The notes below the pieces were generated by a model. It made no database searches, was not told the DNA's origin, and worked only from the letters and a program-made list of their open reading frames with translations. 64,000 nt of DNA from Candidatus Shapirobacteria bacterium (GTDB taxonomy: Bacteria > Patescibacteriota > Microgenomatia > UBA12405), in the NCBI GenBank assembly GCA_041649835.1, contig JBAZML010000002.1:3318-67317 (forward strand), given 5' to 3'. Numbering within the stretch: position 1 is the stretch's first letter; every line of letters begins with the position of its first letter. This document shows, in pieces, positions 45,637-54,222 of the stretch. The position numbers and the translations under genes are program-made.

Positions 45637-46860
45637 ATGTCTTTAAAAAATGTTTATTTTGCTTTAGAGGAAATTGCCGCGGAACCTTCCACAAACGCTA
45701 AACAAATTTTAATTCAAAAATATCTGAATACTCCGTACTTTAAAGAAGTGGTTTATTTTACATATAATCCATTTTTAAAATATAAAATCTCTGAAGTTAC
45801 GTATACTGCATATAACCCATCTGGGTCTCCTGCAGATATTTTCAGTGTGTTAAGGCGCTTATCTGAGCAACGTGGAGCAAATAATCAAGATCGCAATGGA
45901 CTATCTAGAATAGCGTCTATTGATCCAGAAACAGTATCTGTGGTAAATAGAATTCTCAAGAGTGATTTGCGCTGTGGAGCTGGAACAACTTTATTTAGGA
46001 AGTTTATACCAGAAATTCCTAAACACGAGACAATGCTTTGTGGTAAAGATTTTGATAAATTCATGAAGTTAGCAGGGTCTTATGATAATGTAGTTGGATC
46101 TATAAAACAAGATGGTGTAAGAACTTGGGCCATCGTAGATAAACTTAGACAAAATGTAAAATACTTATCTCGTAACGGGAAAGAGTTTATTAATTTTGAT
46201 GTCTTTGACGAAGTTTTTATCGAATTTGCAAAGAAAGTCTATGATAATCAAGACGATTATGTTATTCTTGATGGAGAAGTCGTTACTAAAGACAAAAACT
46301 TTCAAAAAGTACTAACACAATTTAGTAGACATACTGGAGTCCAAAAAGATCTTTTTGAATTCAGAATCTTTGATATTGTTAATGATTTACCGTTTTATGC
46401 TAGATACGAACTATTAACTAAGCATTTTGAACTCGATACTAATCCAGATCATCCTCCTGTATGTTTGGTTCACCACTTTAGAAACTTCAAATCTAAAAAA
46501 GAAATTTATGATCTTCTTGATAAAGTTGCAGGAGAAGGTGAAGAAGGTTTAGTAATTAAAACCTTTAATGGCCCCTATGAGATGAAAAGATCTAATCATT
46601 GGTGTAAACTGAAATTAACTTACACTGAAGATTTACCAGTCTTACGTTTTGAATATGGCACTGGTAAGTATAAGAATTTACTTGGGGCTCTTATTTGCGA
46701 CAGAAATGGTGTAGAAGTACGGGTAGGCTCTGGGTATGATGACCAAGAAAGAGTTGATCTACTTAATATACCTTCTATGATAGAAGTCAAATTCAAAAAT
46801 GTTACAGATGATGGTTCACTAAGAGAACCTATCTTTGTTAGGGTAAGAGAGGACAAATGA
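45637..46860 (+). CDS. gp30: ATP-dependent DNA ligase
   Basis: KQDGVR (KxDG), SRNGK, LDGE, EGLVIK, KLK, VGSG, SLREPIF..REDK. Confidence 0.95.
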   Translation: MSLKNVYFALEEIAAEPSTNAKQILIQKYLNTPYFKEVVYFTYNPFLKYKISEVTYTAYNPSGSPADIFSVLRRLSEQRGANNQDRNGLSRIASIDPETVSVVNRILKSDLRCGAGTTLFRKFIPEIPKHETMLCGKDFDKFMKLAGSYDNVVGSIKQDGVRTWAIVDKLRQNVKYLSRNGKEFINFDVFDEVFIEFAKKVYDNQDDYVILDGEVVTKDKNFQKVLTQFSRHTGVQKDLFEFRIFDIVNDLPFYARYELLTKHFELDTNPDHPPVCLVHHFRNFKSKKEIYDLLDKVAGEGEEGLVIKTFNGPYEMKRSNHWCKLKLTYTEDLPVLRFEYGTGKYKNLLGALICDRNGVEVRVGSGYDDQERVDLLNIPSMIEVKFKNVTDDGSLREPIFVRVREDK

Positions 46861-46949
46861 TCTGGATACTATGTCCTATAGTCTCATTAATTTATTTCTT
46901 TTATATTTTTAGTTACAAAGAATCTGCTCCAGCAAGTTGGGAGAAATAA

Positions 46950-47174
46950 ATTAATAGCCGAGAACTTAAATCTTCTGAGGAATGGCAAAAACAATTTGAA
47001 CATTTAATTTATGTTATGGACCCTGATGGATGGGATCGGCATAACTATGATTATTCTTGGTATGACGAGAAAATTACAAAAGATGAATTCTTTGGTAGAG
47101 TTACTTCTTCTACATGTATATTTAAGGTATCTCCTATGGAACTTTATGATATGTTAACTTCTGGTGAAATATGA
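46950..47174 (+). CDS. small phage protein (DPDGWDR motif) with non-canonical ATT start
   Basis: KSSEEW...MDPDGWDRHNYDYSWYDEKIT..EF..R. GGGAG lies 6 nt upstream of ATT. ATGA overlap with the next gene. Confidence 0.6.
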   Translation: MNSRELKSSEEWQKQFEHLIYVMDPDGWDRHNYDYSWYDEKITKDEFFGRVTSSTCIFKVSPMELYDMLTSGEI

Positions 47175-47761
47175 AAATTGGATTCGATTTTGACGCAGTG
47201 CTTGTAAACTCAGCTTTGGTTCTCTGTGATATATTATCGCAGACACTTAATAGATTAGTGTTACCTGAAGAAATATGTCTCTACGACATCCAAAAAGGTT
47301 TTCCGCAGTTATCAGACAAAGACATTATTCATGTAATAGACTCCTTAGTAAATATGGACAACACATTTAAAATTCCTCCATATCCTGGGGCCTTAGATTT
47401 TCTTAGGTGGTATGGAAAATCAAACCTAGAAATTATAATCATCACTAATAGAGTAGACCTAACTCCGGTATCTGTATATCTAGAATCTAACTTAGATAAA
47501 AAGACTTTTGAAAAAATTAGACTCTTTTATTCTAAAGAAAAAGGTCCATTATCCAGAGCGTTGGGTCTAAAATATTTCATTGAGGATAGATTTCAAAACA
47601 TTGTAAATTTAGCTAATCATGGCGTAGTTCCCATAATCTTTAAACAAAATTGGAATAAAAATCGAATCTCCCAAAAAAGTAATTTATTTGATTTGTGTGT
47701 ATTTGTTGATTCATGGGAGGACATATATAATTTTGTTGGGTGTGAGTTTTTTGGGTATTAG
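47171..47761 (+). CDS. HAD-family 5'(3')-nucleotidase-like protein
   Basis: DFDAVL motif I, ITNR, K, FIEDR. Confidence 0.8.
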   Translation: MKIGFDFDAVLVNSALVLCDILSQTLNRLVLPEEICLYDIQKGFPQLSDKDIIHVIDSLVNMDNTFKIPPYPGALDFLRWYGKSNLEIIIITNRVDLTPVSVYLESNLDKKTFEKIRLFYSKEKGPLSRALGLKYFIEDRFQNIVNLANHGVVPIIFKQNWNKNRISQKSNLFDLCVFVDSWEDIYNFVGCEFFGY

Positions 47762-47763
47762 CG

Positions 47764-47811
47764 GTTTCAGAAATCTTCTAAGCATGTTATAATAAATTAA
47801 AACCTTGGAGG
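47764..47811 (+). promoter_or_regulatory. repeated early promoter-RBS cassette
   Basis: GTTTCAGAAATCTTCTAAGCATGTTATAATAAATTAAAACCTTGGAGG. Confidence 0.85.
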
Positions 47812-47818
47812 TATAGTC

Positions 47819-48259
47819 ATGGGTTACTGTATGGATCAAAAAGATGCTCAATTTTATATCCCCAAAAGAAATTATAATAAAGTTATTGAAGCCATTAAAG
47901 CTACAGCCAATGATACTTCTAAAATGGGAGGCGGATCTTACCAGGGCGGCAGAACCATTTCCAAATGGTTTGGTTTTGTTGATATGAATTATGTTAACCT
48001 CGGCAATCTTAAAGAAATTTTTGAGTGTTGGCGGTGGATAATTAAGGAAGATGTGCTTGGAATATGCGGAATAGAGTTTATGGGAGAAAAGGCCGGAGAT
48101 GATAAAGTTTTATTCCAAGCAATTGCCCCGTATGTTAAATCTGGAAGCAACATTCAAATGGTAGGAGAGGATGGGGCTGCTTGGAGATGGTATTTTAATG
48201 GAACTGATTGTGTTTATCAACATGGTAAAGTAACCTATATGAGGAGGTATAAATCATGA
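47819..48259 (+). CDS. phage hypothetical protein
   Basis: MGY...GEK...IAPYV..GS.I...GEDG..WRW pattern. Confidence 0.75.
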   Translation: MGYCMDQKDAQFYIPKRNYNKVIEAIKATANDTSKMGGGSYQGGRTISKWFGFVDMNYVNLGNLKEIFECWRWIIKEDVLGICGIEFMGEKAGDDKVLFQAIAPYVKSGSNIQMVGEDGAAWRWYFNGTDCVYQHGKVTYMRRYKS

Positions 48260-48441
48260 AAAAGGTAAAACTTAAGGTGACTATAACTTTTGAGTTTGAT
48301 GCAAATCCTAAATACTATGGCACAGATGTTCCTGCAGAAATGGCAAAAATTGATCAAGAACAATTTTATGAAAACCCAGATATTCTGTCGGAAATGATTA
48401 TCACCGATGAGTACATGGTAAAAGTAGAACCTATAGAATAA
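48256..48441 (+). CDS. hypothetical protein
   Basis: GGAGG RBS, ATGA overlap. Confidence 0.6.
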   Translation: MKKVKLKVTITFEFDANPKYYGTDVPAEMAKIDQEQFYENPDILSEMIITDEYMVKVEPIE

Positions 48442-48450
48442 GGGGGTTAA

Positions 48451-48669
48451 TTGATGTCTTTAGATACTGTTAAAACTATTATGTGGTGGAGTTTTTGGAT
48501 AGTGTTTTTTAATTTAATAATTTTCATAGGAACTGTGCTCGGTGCAATATATTGTCATAAAGCTCTTACGTGGTTGTGCGCGTTTGAGAGTTCTATCTTT
48601 TTATTCGCTGGAGGTATTTTTTATGTTTGCCAAAATTATATTGTGAAAAAGGCGGAGAAAAATTTATGA
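48451..48669 (+). CDS. two-TM membrane protein
   Basis: Hydrophobic 72 aa ORF. Confidence 0.55.
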   Translation: MMSLDTVKTIMWWSFWIVFFNLIIFIGTVLGAIYCHKALTWLCAFESSIFLFAGGIFYVCQNYIVKKAEKNL

Positions 48670-48887
48670 CCCCTTGGGAATATCTTAAGTTACCTTATTC
48701 ATTTTGTTTTGTATATGATAATGGAAACTATACTAGCTATGTTAGGGAGTTTCCAGGTTGCGTAGCTGAAGGAGATGGATTAGAGGAAACCTGGATTGCT
48801 CTTCATGGAGCTGCTTACGATTGTATTGAAGCTACTTTAGACTTGGGACAAGAAATACCTGAACCTTTAACTACGGTGTGGAAATGA
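48666..48887 (+). CDS. hicB: HicB-family antitoxin-like protein
   Basis: YLKLPY...EFPGCVAEGD..EE...A...G.EIPEP. Start at ATG 48666. Confidence 0.8.
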   Translation: MTPWEYLKLPYSFCFVYDNGNYTSYVREFPGCVAEGDGLEETWIALHGAAYDCIEATLDLGQEIPEPLTTVWK

Positions 48888-49023
48888 AAATGACTTGTCC
48901 AAATTGTAAAGAAAGGCGAATATCTAAAGCCGAAACTAGCAAATTCATTGTTTTCCAATGTGATGACTGTGGAGCTAAGTGGGCTACAGAGCGAAAGTAA
49001 AAATAATTAAGGAGAAACAAATT

Positions 49024-49293
49024 ATGTTAATGACACCTGAAAATGAAAATTGGGATGAATTTTGCGCCATTCTAGAAGGCCCAGAAGGCTGTGATTTTAA
49101 AGAGGATGAAAATGGCAAAATTACATGGAAATGCGATAGTAGTATGAGTAGGCCGCTAGCTATTAAAATTCTTGCAGAATATTTTCCGGAAATAAACATT
49201 AAAGGTTCATTAGAATATTTCAATGAACACGGCGGTCTTTGTGATTGCGAAATTCTGTTTAATGTGGAAAACCATGGACTTTATTTCCTCTAA
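49024..49293 (+). CDS. DUF2695-like protein
   Basis: HGGLCDCEILFNV terminal motif. Confidence 0.7.
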   Translation: MLMTPENENWDEFCAILEGPEGCDFKEDENGKITWKCDSSMSRPLAIKILAEYFPEINIKGSLEYFNEHGGLCDCEILFNVENHGLYFL

Positions 49294-49405
49294 CAGAATT
49301 AGGTAAATTAGATAACAAAGTAGTTGCTTTAGAATATTCCTTGCTTAAATGGAGGATATGTTGTGTTGCTCTTGTAATATCCTTGACTATCTATTTGGGG
49401 GTTAA

Positions 49406-49600
49406 ATGTTGATGAGAAAAGACCCTGTATTTAATTATTATTGTTATGGCGGGACCATGGTTAAACGAATAGATCTTAAACTGGCGGAACAAACATATCA
49501 ATGTCCTCACGCTTGGGATACAGAAGGTGGATTTCCGGCTTGTAAAACTTGTAACGGTAAATTAGAGGGAACAGTTCCTATAACAATAAAATATGTGTAG
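49406..49600 (+). CDS. small Cys-rich hypothetical protein
   Basis: CP...CKTC.G. Confidence 0.5.
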   Translation: MLMRKDPVFNYYCYGGTMVKRIDLKLAEQTYQCPHAWDTEGGFPACKTCNGKLEGTVPITIKYV

Positions 49601-49720
49601 AGGAGATAGAATGATGAACAGGAAAGCTGCTACAAAGTTTGACATCATTTCAGGACAAGCCAACACCCCCGCCAAAGCAATCCTAACCGCAGCGTGGGCG
49701 GCGTTGGAAGGAGGGAAGTG

Positions 49721-50164
49721 ATGGAACCCTGTAGAATTTGCGGTGCAGCGGAATATACAGCCAGTTATGGCGGGCCAGGTATATGCCCTAAGTGTGACTG
49801 CGGTGTATTCGATGCAAATGTTATGGCATGGAACAATAACAAGTTATCAACCGAACTCGCCGCCCTCAAAGAAGTTTTAGATGATAAAAGGCGGTTAACC
49901 AGAGAAATTGACGTTATTTTGAATGGAGAAAATGCGGCTAAACAGGCAAGCCTTTGTGACCTGATAGGCCAAATAAAAGAACTAGCCACTCTCCAGGGTC
50001 TGGTGCGGGAGATGGGAGCGGTTCTTGATAAAGTGGCAAATCATAAATGTTGTGAAATAGTAACGGTTGCTAATGGAGAAACTAAAGTTTCAAGGTATGC
50101 AAGAATAGCTACACAAATCCTCAACCGCCCCGAAGTTAAGGCGGTTCTTGAAGGAGGGAAGTAA
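49721..50164 (+). CDS. mosaic hypothetical protein (Zn finger plus AAKQASLCDL coiled module)
   Basis: CRIC...CPKC, then RLTREIDVILNGENAAKQASLCDL. GGAGGG RBS. Confidence 0.65.
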   Translation: MEPCRICGAAEYTASYGGPGICPKCDCGVFDANVMAWNNNKLSTELAALKEVLDDKRRLTREIDVILNGENAAKQASLCDLIGQIKELATLQGLVREMGAVLDKVANHKCCEIVTVANGETKVSRYARIATQILNRPEVKAVLEGGK

Positions 50165-50549
50165 TGCTTCCAACCCTAAATGCTGCTCTTCTTGCTGGGT
50201 CAGTCTTATTTTTTGGGATATTTTTAGCAGGAATGAAGACATCTAAAAGTGCCCCAATCGGTAATTTATTCTTATTATTAGCCTACCTATGCTTATTTTT
50301 TGGGTTGGCATCGAAATAAAAAGGAGGGTGAGTGATGGATGATAAGTGTCCGTTTTGTGGGGCTGAGGCCCAATCATTGAGTGATCAAATAAAGCCACGG
50401 TTTGAACGCTCCGCCCTCAAGAAACTAGTCAAGGAGATGGGGAAGTGACTGTGCTTTATTTATTAGGGGGTTTATTTTTATTAGGACTAGCCATAATGAT
50501 CCTAGATTTTACAAACCATTATAATGGTGGTAGATAAGGAAAATTCGAA

Positions 50550-50813
50550 ATGAGTGAATGCCTATCCTGCGGAAGCTGTTGTAATGAAATCTCTCCGTTT
50601 GGAAATCCTTGTCCATATGTTAAGGAAGTAGAACCTGGATTATTTTTGTGTTCAATCTATTCCAAAAAACCTAAGGTCTGTAGAGACCATACTTTTGATG
50701 GAAGATGGTGTCCTATTGGGTTGTCTATTTTAAAGCCTGAACGGCTGTCAGATTTACACAGAAGAAGTGACAGGATTTATAAATTAGTTACTAAACAATT
50801 TAAGGAGTTTTAA
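50550..50813 (+). CDS. YkgJ/CxxCxxCC Zn- or Fe-S-cluster protein
   Basis: CLSCGSCC...CP...CSIY..KP.VCR. Confidence 0.75.
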   Translation: MSECLSCGSCCNEISPFGNPCPYVKEVEPGLFLCSIYSKKPKVCRDHTFDGRWCPIGLSILKPERLSDLHRRSDRIYKLVTKQFKEF

Positions 50814-50814
50814 A

Positions 50815-51039
50815 ATGGGCGTAGATTGGGATTATTCTAAAGAAGGCGGCGGAAAAAAATTTAAAGATAGATATGTACTTGGCGAAGGAATACCTAATTT
50901 TACATCAAACGGCAAAGGTATATCACTATATAACTATGAAAAATATGGAAGTTTAATAAACCTATCAGTGCCAAAAGGATTAGCTCTACCGCGTATTAAC
51001 GGACTAATCTATAGATTAGTTCTTGAAAGAGTACGTTAA
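50815..51039 (+). CDS. hypothetical protein
   Basis: YVLGEG...YRLVLERV, AAGGAG RBS. Confidence 0.6.
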   Translation: MGVDWDYSKEGGGKKFKDRYVLGEGIPNFTSNGKGISLYNYEKYGSLINLSVPKGLALPRINGLIYRLVLERVR

Positions 51040-51040
51040 G

Positions 51041-51625
51041 ATGGAACACAAATTATACATAGAAATCAAACCTTCAAAGCATATAAAATATGATCCTGAC
51101 CAGTTATTTGAAACGATATTGTATTTCTGTTGGCAGAAATTAAAACACTTTGATCATGAAGACCTCCCAGAAATCTATATTGAAATTGGAACTAAGGACG
51201 CAGAGAAACTTAAACACAATGGATACTTTGATGTAGTTGGTGATGACTTAACTTATATCTGTTTATCTACTAAGAAATTGAAGACTGATAAATACCGGTA
51301 TAAGGACGGTTTAAAGAGTTTACTCCAAATGTTTCTTCATGAATTTTACCATATGCGTACATGCATAGAAACTTATTTGGAAAGTGATAGATCCATATCA
51401 TTATATGATTGGCAACATGAAAGGTATGTTAATTGCCAACAGGAATGCGATGATATGCTTAAGTTGGGAATAGATGAAGATTTAGTATATTGGTATTCTA
51501 AAGAGGAGATGGAGGCAGAAGCCTTCTCATTTGAAAATTTAGCATATATAGAAAATTTATACGGATACGGTGGATTGGTCATACCGCCGGATGCATTTGA
51601 AATGATACCAAAAATAATTAAATAG
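51041..51625 (+). CDS. putative zincin-like metallopeptidase
   Basis: LHEFYH (HExxH) and downstream EMEA. Start uncertain (51023 or 51041). Confidence 0.6.
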   Translation: MEHKLYIEIKPSKHIKYDPDQLFETILYFCWQKLKHFDHEDLPEIYIEIGTKDAEKLKHNGYFDVVGDDLTYICLSTKKLKTDKYRYKDGLKSLLQMFLHEFYHMRTCIETYLESDRSISLYDWQHERYVNCQQECDDMLKLGIDEDLVYWYSKEEMEAEAFSFENLAYIENLYGYGGLVIPPDAFEMIPKIIK

Positions 51626-51639
51626 TAAAGGGGAGAAAA

Positions 51640-52227
51640 ATGACAGCCTTTACCATAGATAAAATAGGAAAAGAACAAGATAAGATATTAATGAATATTG
51701 AAAAAGGGTCAGAACCTTATTTAACAGAAAAGAAACTCGGTAATATACTTCAAGTTCTATTTCCACATAGCACCATAATATACGATCGGCTATTAAGTAA
51801 AGAGATAAAACTAAGACCTGATTATTTGATAAAAGAAGAAAGATTAATTGTAGAATTTCAGGGGAGTCAGCATTATACTAAAGGATTTCAAGTATTTAAA
51901 GACTCTGAAAGAATTACTATTTTTGAGTCTTTAGGTTTTAAGGTTATTGAAATTCCATATTTTATTCAGCCAACAAAAGATATTTTAAGTCTCTTATTTG
52001 GTGATTATACTGGTGTTGAACCAGAGGATATGTCTAATGAGTATGAATGTGGCTTTATCCACCCACTATCTTTGTCTTTTGGAGATTTTTGTAGTTCAGG
52101 CTTAAATAAAGCAGAAAATTTTATAAAATCACTTCCAGTAAAAGAACATAATGACATCTTAAGAAGCATGGAAAAAAGAGCGGAAATAAACAAAATACCT
52201 ATTGAATTCTATAATCCCCTATCTTAG
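51640..52227 (+). CDS. PD-(D/E)XK / DUF559-Vsr-like endonuclease
   Basis: RPDY..IVEFQGSQHY...GFKVIEIPY. Confidence 0.75.
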   Translation: MTAFTIDKIGKEQDKILMNIEKGSEPYLTEKKLGNILQVLFPHSTIIYDRLLSKEIKLRPDYLIKEERLIVEFQGSQHYTKGFQVFKDSERITIFESLGFKVIEIPYFIQPTKDILSLLFGDYTGVEPEDMSNEYECGFIHPLSLSFGDFCSSGLNKAENFIKSLPVKEHNDILRSMEKRAEINKIPIEFYNPLS

Positions 52228-52240
52228 CAATCTATATTCT

Positions 52241-52861
52241 TTAATCGCCTCTAAGACACCCTCTTTCAATCCTAGTTTTACTTATTTTTGCTCTAGTTTC
52301 TGTGGTTACTTCATGCCCCATTTTAGATTCAGACATTTTTTTGATGCTTTCTGGACTATGGACCCTAGTTCTACATTTAGAACAGGGTTCTTTCCTTGTA
52401 TTAAATTTATGTATATTAGTTTCATATGAATGACCATTAGGACATTTAACATTAAAAGATATTCCGTCATATTCATTATCCAAGAGAATAGATCCGGTTT
52501 GCTCTACGAGTAGTTTTAATTTTTCATAGGTTACAGTATTATGGACAACACGTTCTTCTACAGGTATTTTATCCCAAGCAGCTTTCCTAGCTTTTGATAA
52601 GGACTTACCAGTTTTTTCTCTATATTCAGGATTTTGCCAATTTTTCTTGCTATTAGCTGAATGTTTAGCTTTGGTCTCAGGTAAATTGGCTGAGCGTTTA
52701 TTTCTGCAAGTTCTACAAAGTTTCAAATCACCTTGTTTAATATAATTTTTATATACTTGTAAAACCTCAATTTCACAATGTTCACAAGTAAACCAGACCT
52801 TCTTACCACTACCTCTGGTCAATTTTTCTAATGGTGTACCGTCTTCAGTTCTAAGTAACAT
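52241..52861 (-). CDS. homing-endonuclease-type DNA-binding protein (Zn ribbons plus NUMOD3), no nuclease motif seen
   Basis: KKVWFTCEHC, CPNGH, HSPESIKKMSES, TETRAKISKT. Confidence 0.7.
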   Translation of the reverse strand: MLLRTEDGTPLEKLTRGSGKKVWFTCEHCEIEVLQVYKNYIKQGDLKLCRTCRNKRSANLPETKAKHSANSKKNWQNPEYREKTGKSLSKARKAAWDKIPVEERVVHNTVTYEKLKLLVEQTGSILLDNEYDGISFNVKCPNGHSYETNIHKFNTRKEPCSKCRTRVHSPESIKKMSESKMGHEVTTETRAKISKTRIERGCLRGD

Positions 52862-52882
52862 GTTATGTACCTCCTTATAGTC

Positions 52883-52913
52883 TATTTATAACATATCTAT
52901 GGAAAATGTAAAC
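52883..52913 (-). promoter_or_regulatory. composite GTTTACA / TATAAATA promoter
   Basis: GTTTACATTTTCCA...TATAAATA, same geometry as 10620-10649. Confidence 0.65.
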
Positions 52914-52931
52914 TAAGGAATATGAACAAAG

Positions 52932-52974
52932 AAAAAGCCTCCAGGTGAACTTTTCTTAACTCACTTAGAGGCTT
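52932..52974 (-). terminator. terminator after major capsid gene
   Basis: AAGCCTCTAAGTGA...TCACCTGGAGGCTT hairpin followed by TTT. Confidence 0.65.
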
Positions 52975-53004
52975 AGGGTGCTTGTAACTAGTTAATATTA
53001 AACG

Positions 53005-54210
53005 CTAATCGGTAAAGTTATCGACCTTAACCCATCTGTAATAGAGCGCTGAGCCAAAGATATGTTCATGGATCCCATATCTCGACATAAGCCCGATAGT
53101 AGGATTGAAGGAATCTTCGAAAGTAGCTCTACTTGCCATTAGAGAAATATAAGGCAGATAGATAATACCAGTGTCATATGCGGAAGGACCCTTGTAACCT
53201 ACCAAGAAGCCGACTTCATCAGCAAATGTATCACGATAAACAGAGATTCTACCGTCTAGAGTACCAAGTCTTGCGACCCCAGTGGGGGCAGTATTTACGT
53301 CACCGGCAACGGGCCAAATAGTAAAGGCGGAAGTTGCTTCGAAAATGGCGCAAACAGTAGGATGACAGACGACCCAATTACCAGCCCCTCTACGAGTAGT
53401 AATGGCAATGTCATTAGACCTACGGATAAGCATATTGAACAAGGAACGATAACGTTCTCCATCCCATCTGCCATCAGCAGTTAGGTAATTCCAACCAGAG
53501 CTTGTAGTAGCAGAAGCAGTGGCTGAGGTATGAATAGCCGCGATAAGTTCACGATCGATTTCCTGAGTAATTTCATAACTCAGAATATCCATCATTTCAC
53601 CTTCAAGATCTAGACCGTGCATGGCTTTAAGATCTTGTGCTACTTCCTGAGACCAACGAGCACGAAGCTTACGAGTCTTGGCTTCTACTTGGGCCTTTTC
53701 AAGAGTCATGTTGACTTCTTTGATATGAGACCCAGTACCGATACCAATACCATAATCACTTCCTACGCCAGAACCAGCCTTAGAACCAAGAGCTTCCTGA
53801 GCTGAAGTAGTAGCAGAATAGGTGTAATCCTTATCTACTGTGTTATAGCCGATTTCCTGACCATGGGCCACGGAATTATAAGTCTGGCCAGCACGATAGC
53901 GCAGTGCAAAAGCTAGGCCTACGGGGCCGGTCATTGGTTGTACGCCAACTAGATCATGGGCAACCAATTCAGGAAAGGTTCTACGTACCATAGGAATAGC
54001 GATTTGATAAAAATCGCCATTGGTGGAATAAGAACCACTGCGATTAAAAGTAGCTTCAATGTTGGAACCAGATTCGTTTAATTGTGTGGTCATCCATTTT
54101 TCCTGGTTTTCCAGCATAATGGCAGTAGCATTTTTAACTTTCTGGGATTTAATGGGATTGCCTTCGTTAAGAATTTCTTCCCACTTTTTAACGGTTTCTT
54201 TAATGTTCAT
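53005..54210 (-). CDS. gp23: major capsid protein
   Basis: VRRTFP.LVAHDLVGVQPMTGPVGLAFALR, AKTRKLRARW, AQDLKAMHG, EIDRE. Confidence 0.98.
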   Translation of the reverse strand: MNIKETVKKWEEILNEGNPIKSQKVKNATAIMLENQEKWMTTQLNESGSNIEATFNRSGSYSTNGDFYQIAIPMVRRTFPELVAHDLVGVQPMTGPVGLAFALRYRAGQTYNSVAHGQEIGYNTVDKDYTYSATTSAQEALGSKAGSGVGSDYGIGIGTGSHIKEVNMTLEKAQVEAKTRKLRARWSQEVAQDLKAMHGLDLEGEMMDILSYEITQEIDRELIAAIHTSATASATTSSGWNYLTADGRWDGERYRSLFNMLIRRSNDIAITTRRGAGNWVVCHPTVCAIFEATSAFTIWPVAGDVNTAPTGVARLGTLDGRISVYRDTFADEVGFLVGYKGPSAYDTGIIYLPYISLMASRATFEDSFNPTIGLMSRYGIHEHIFGSALYYRWVKVDNFTD

Positions 54211-54222
54211 TAAGTTCTCTCC

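Noticed and set aside
38196-47811. Dispersed 48-bp repeats as a CRISPR-like array
   Set aside because: The copies are hundreds to thousands of bases apart, separated by genes, and contain -10 and RBS elements.
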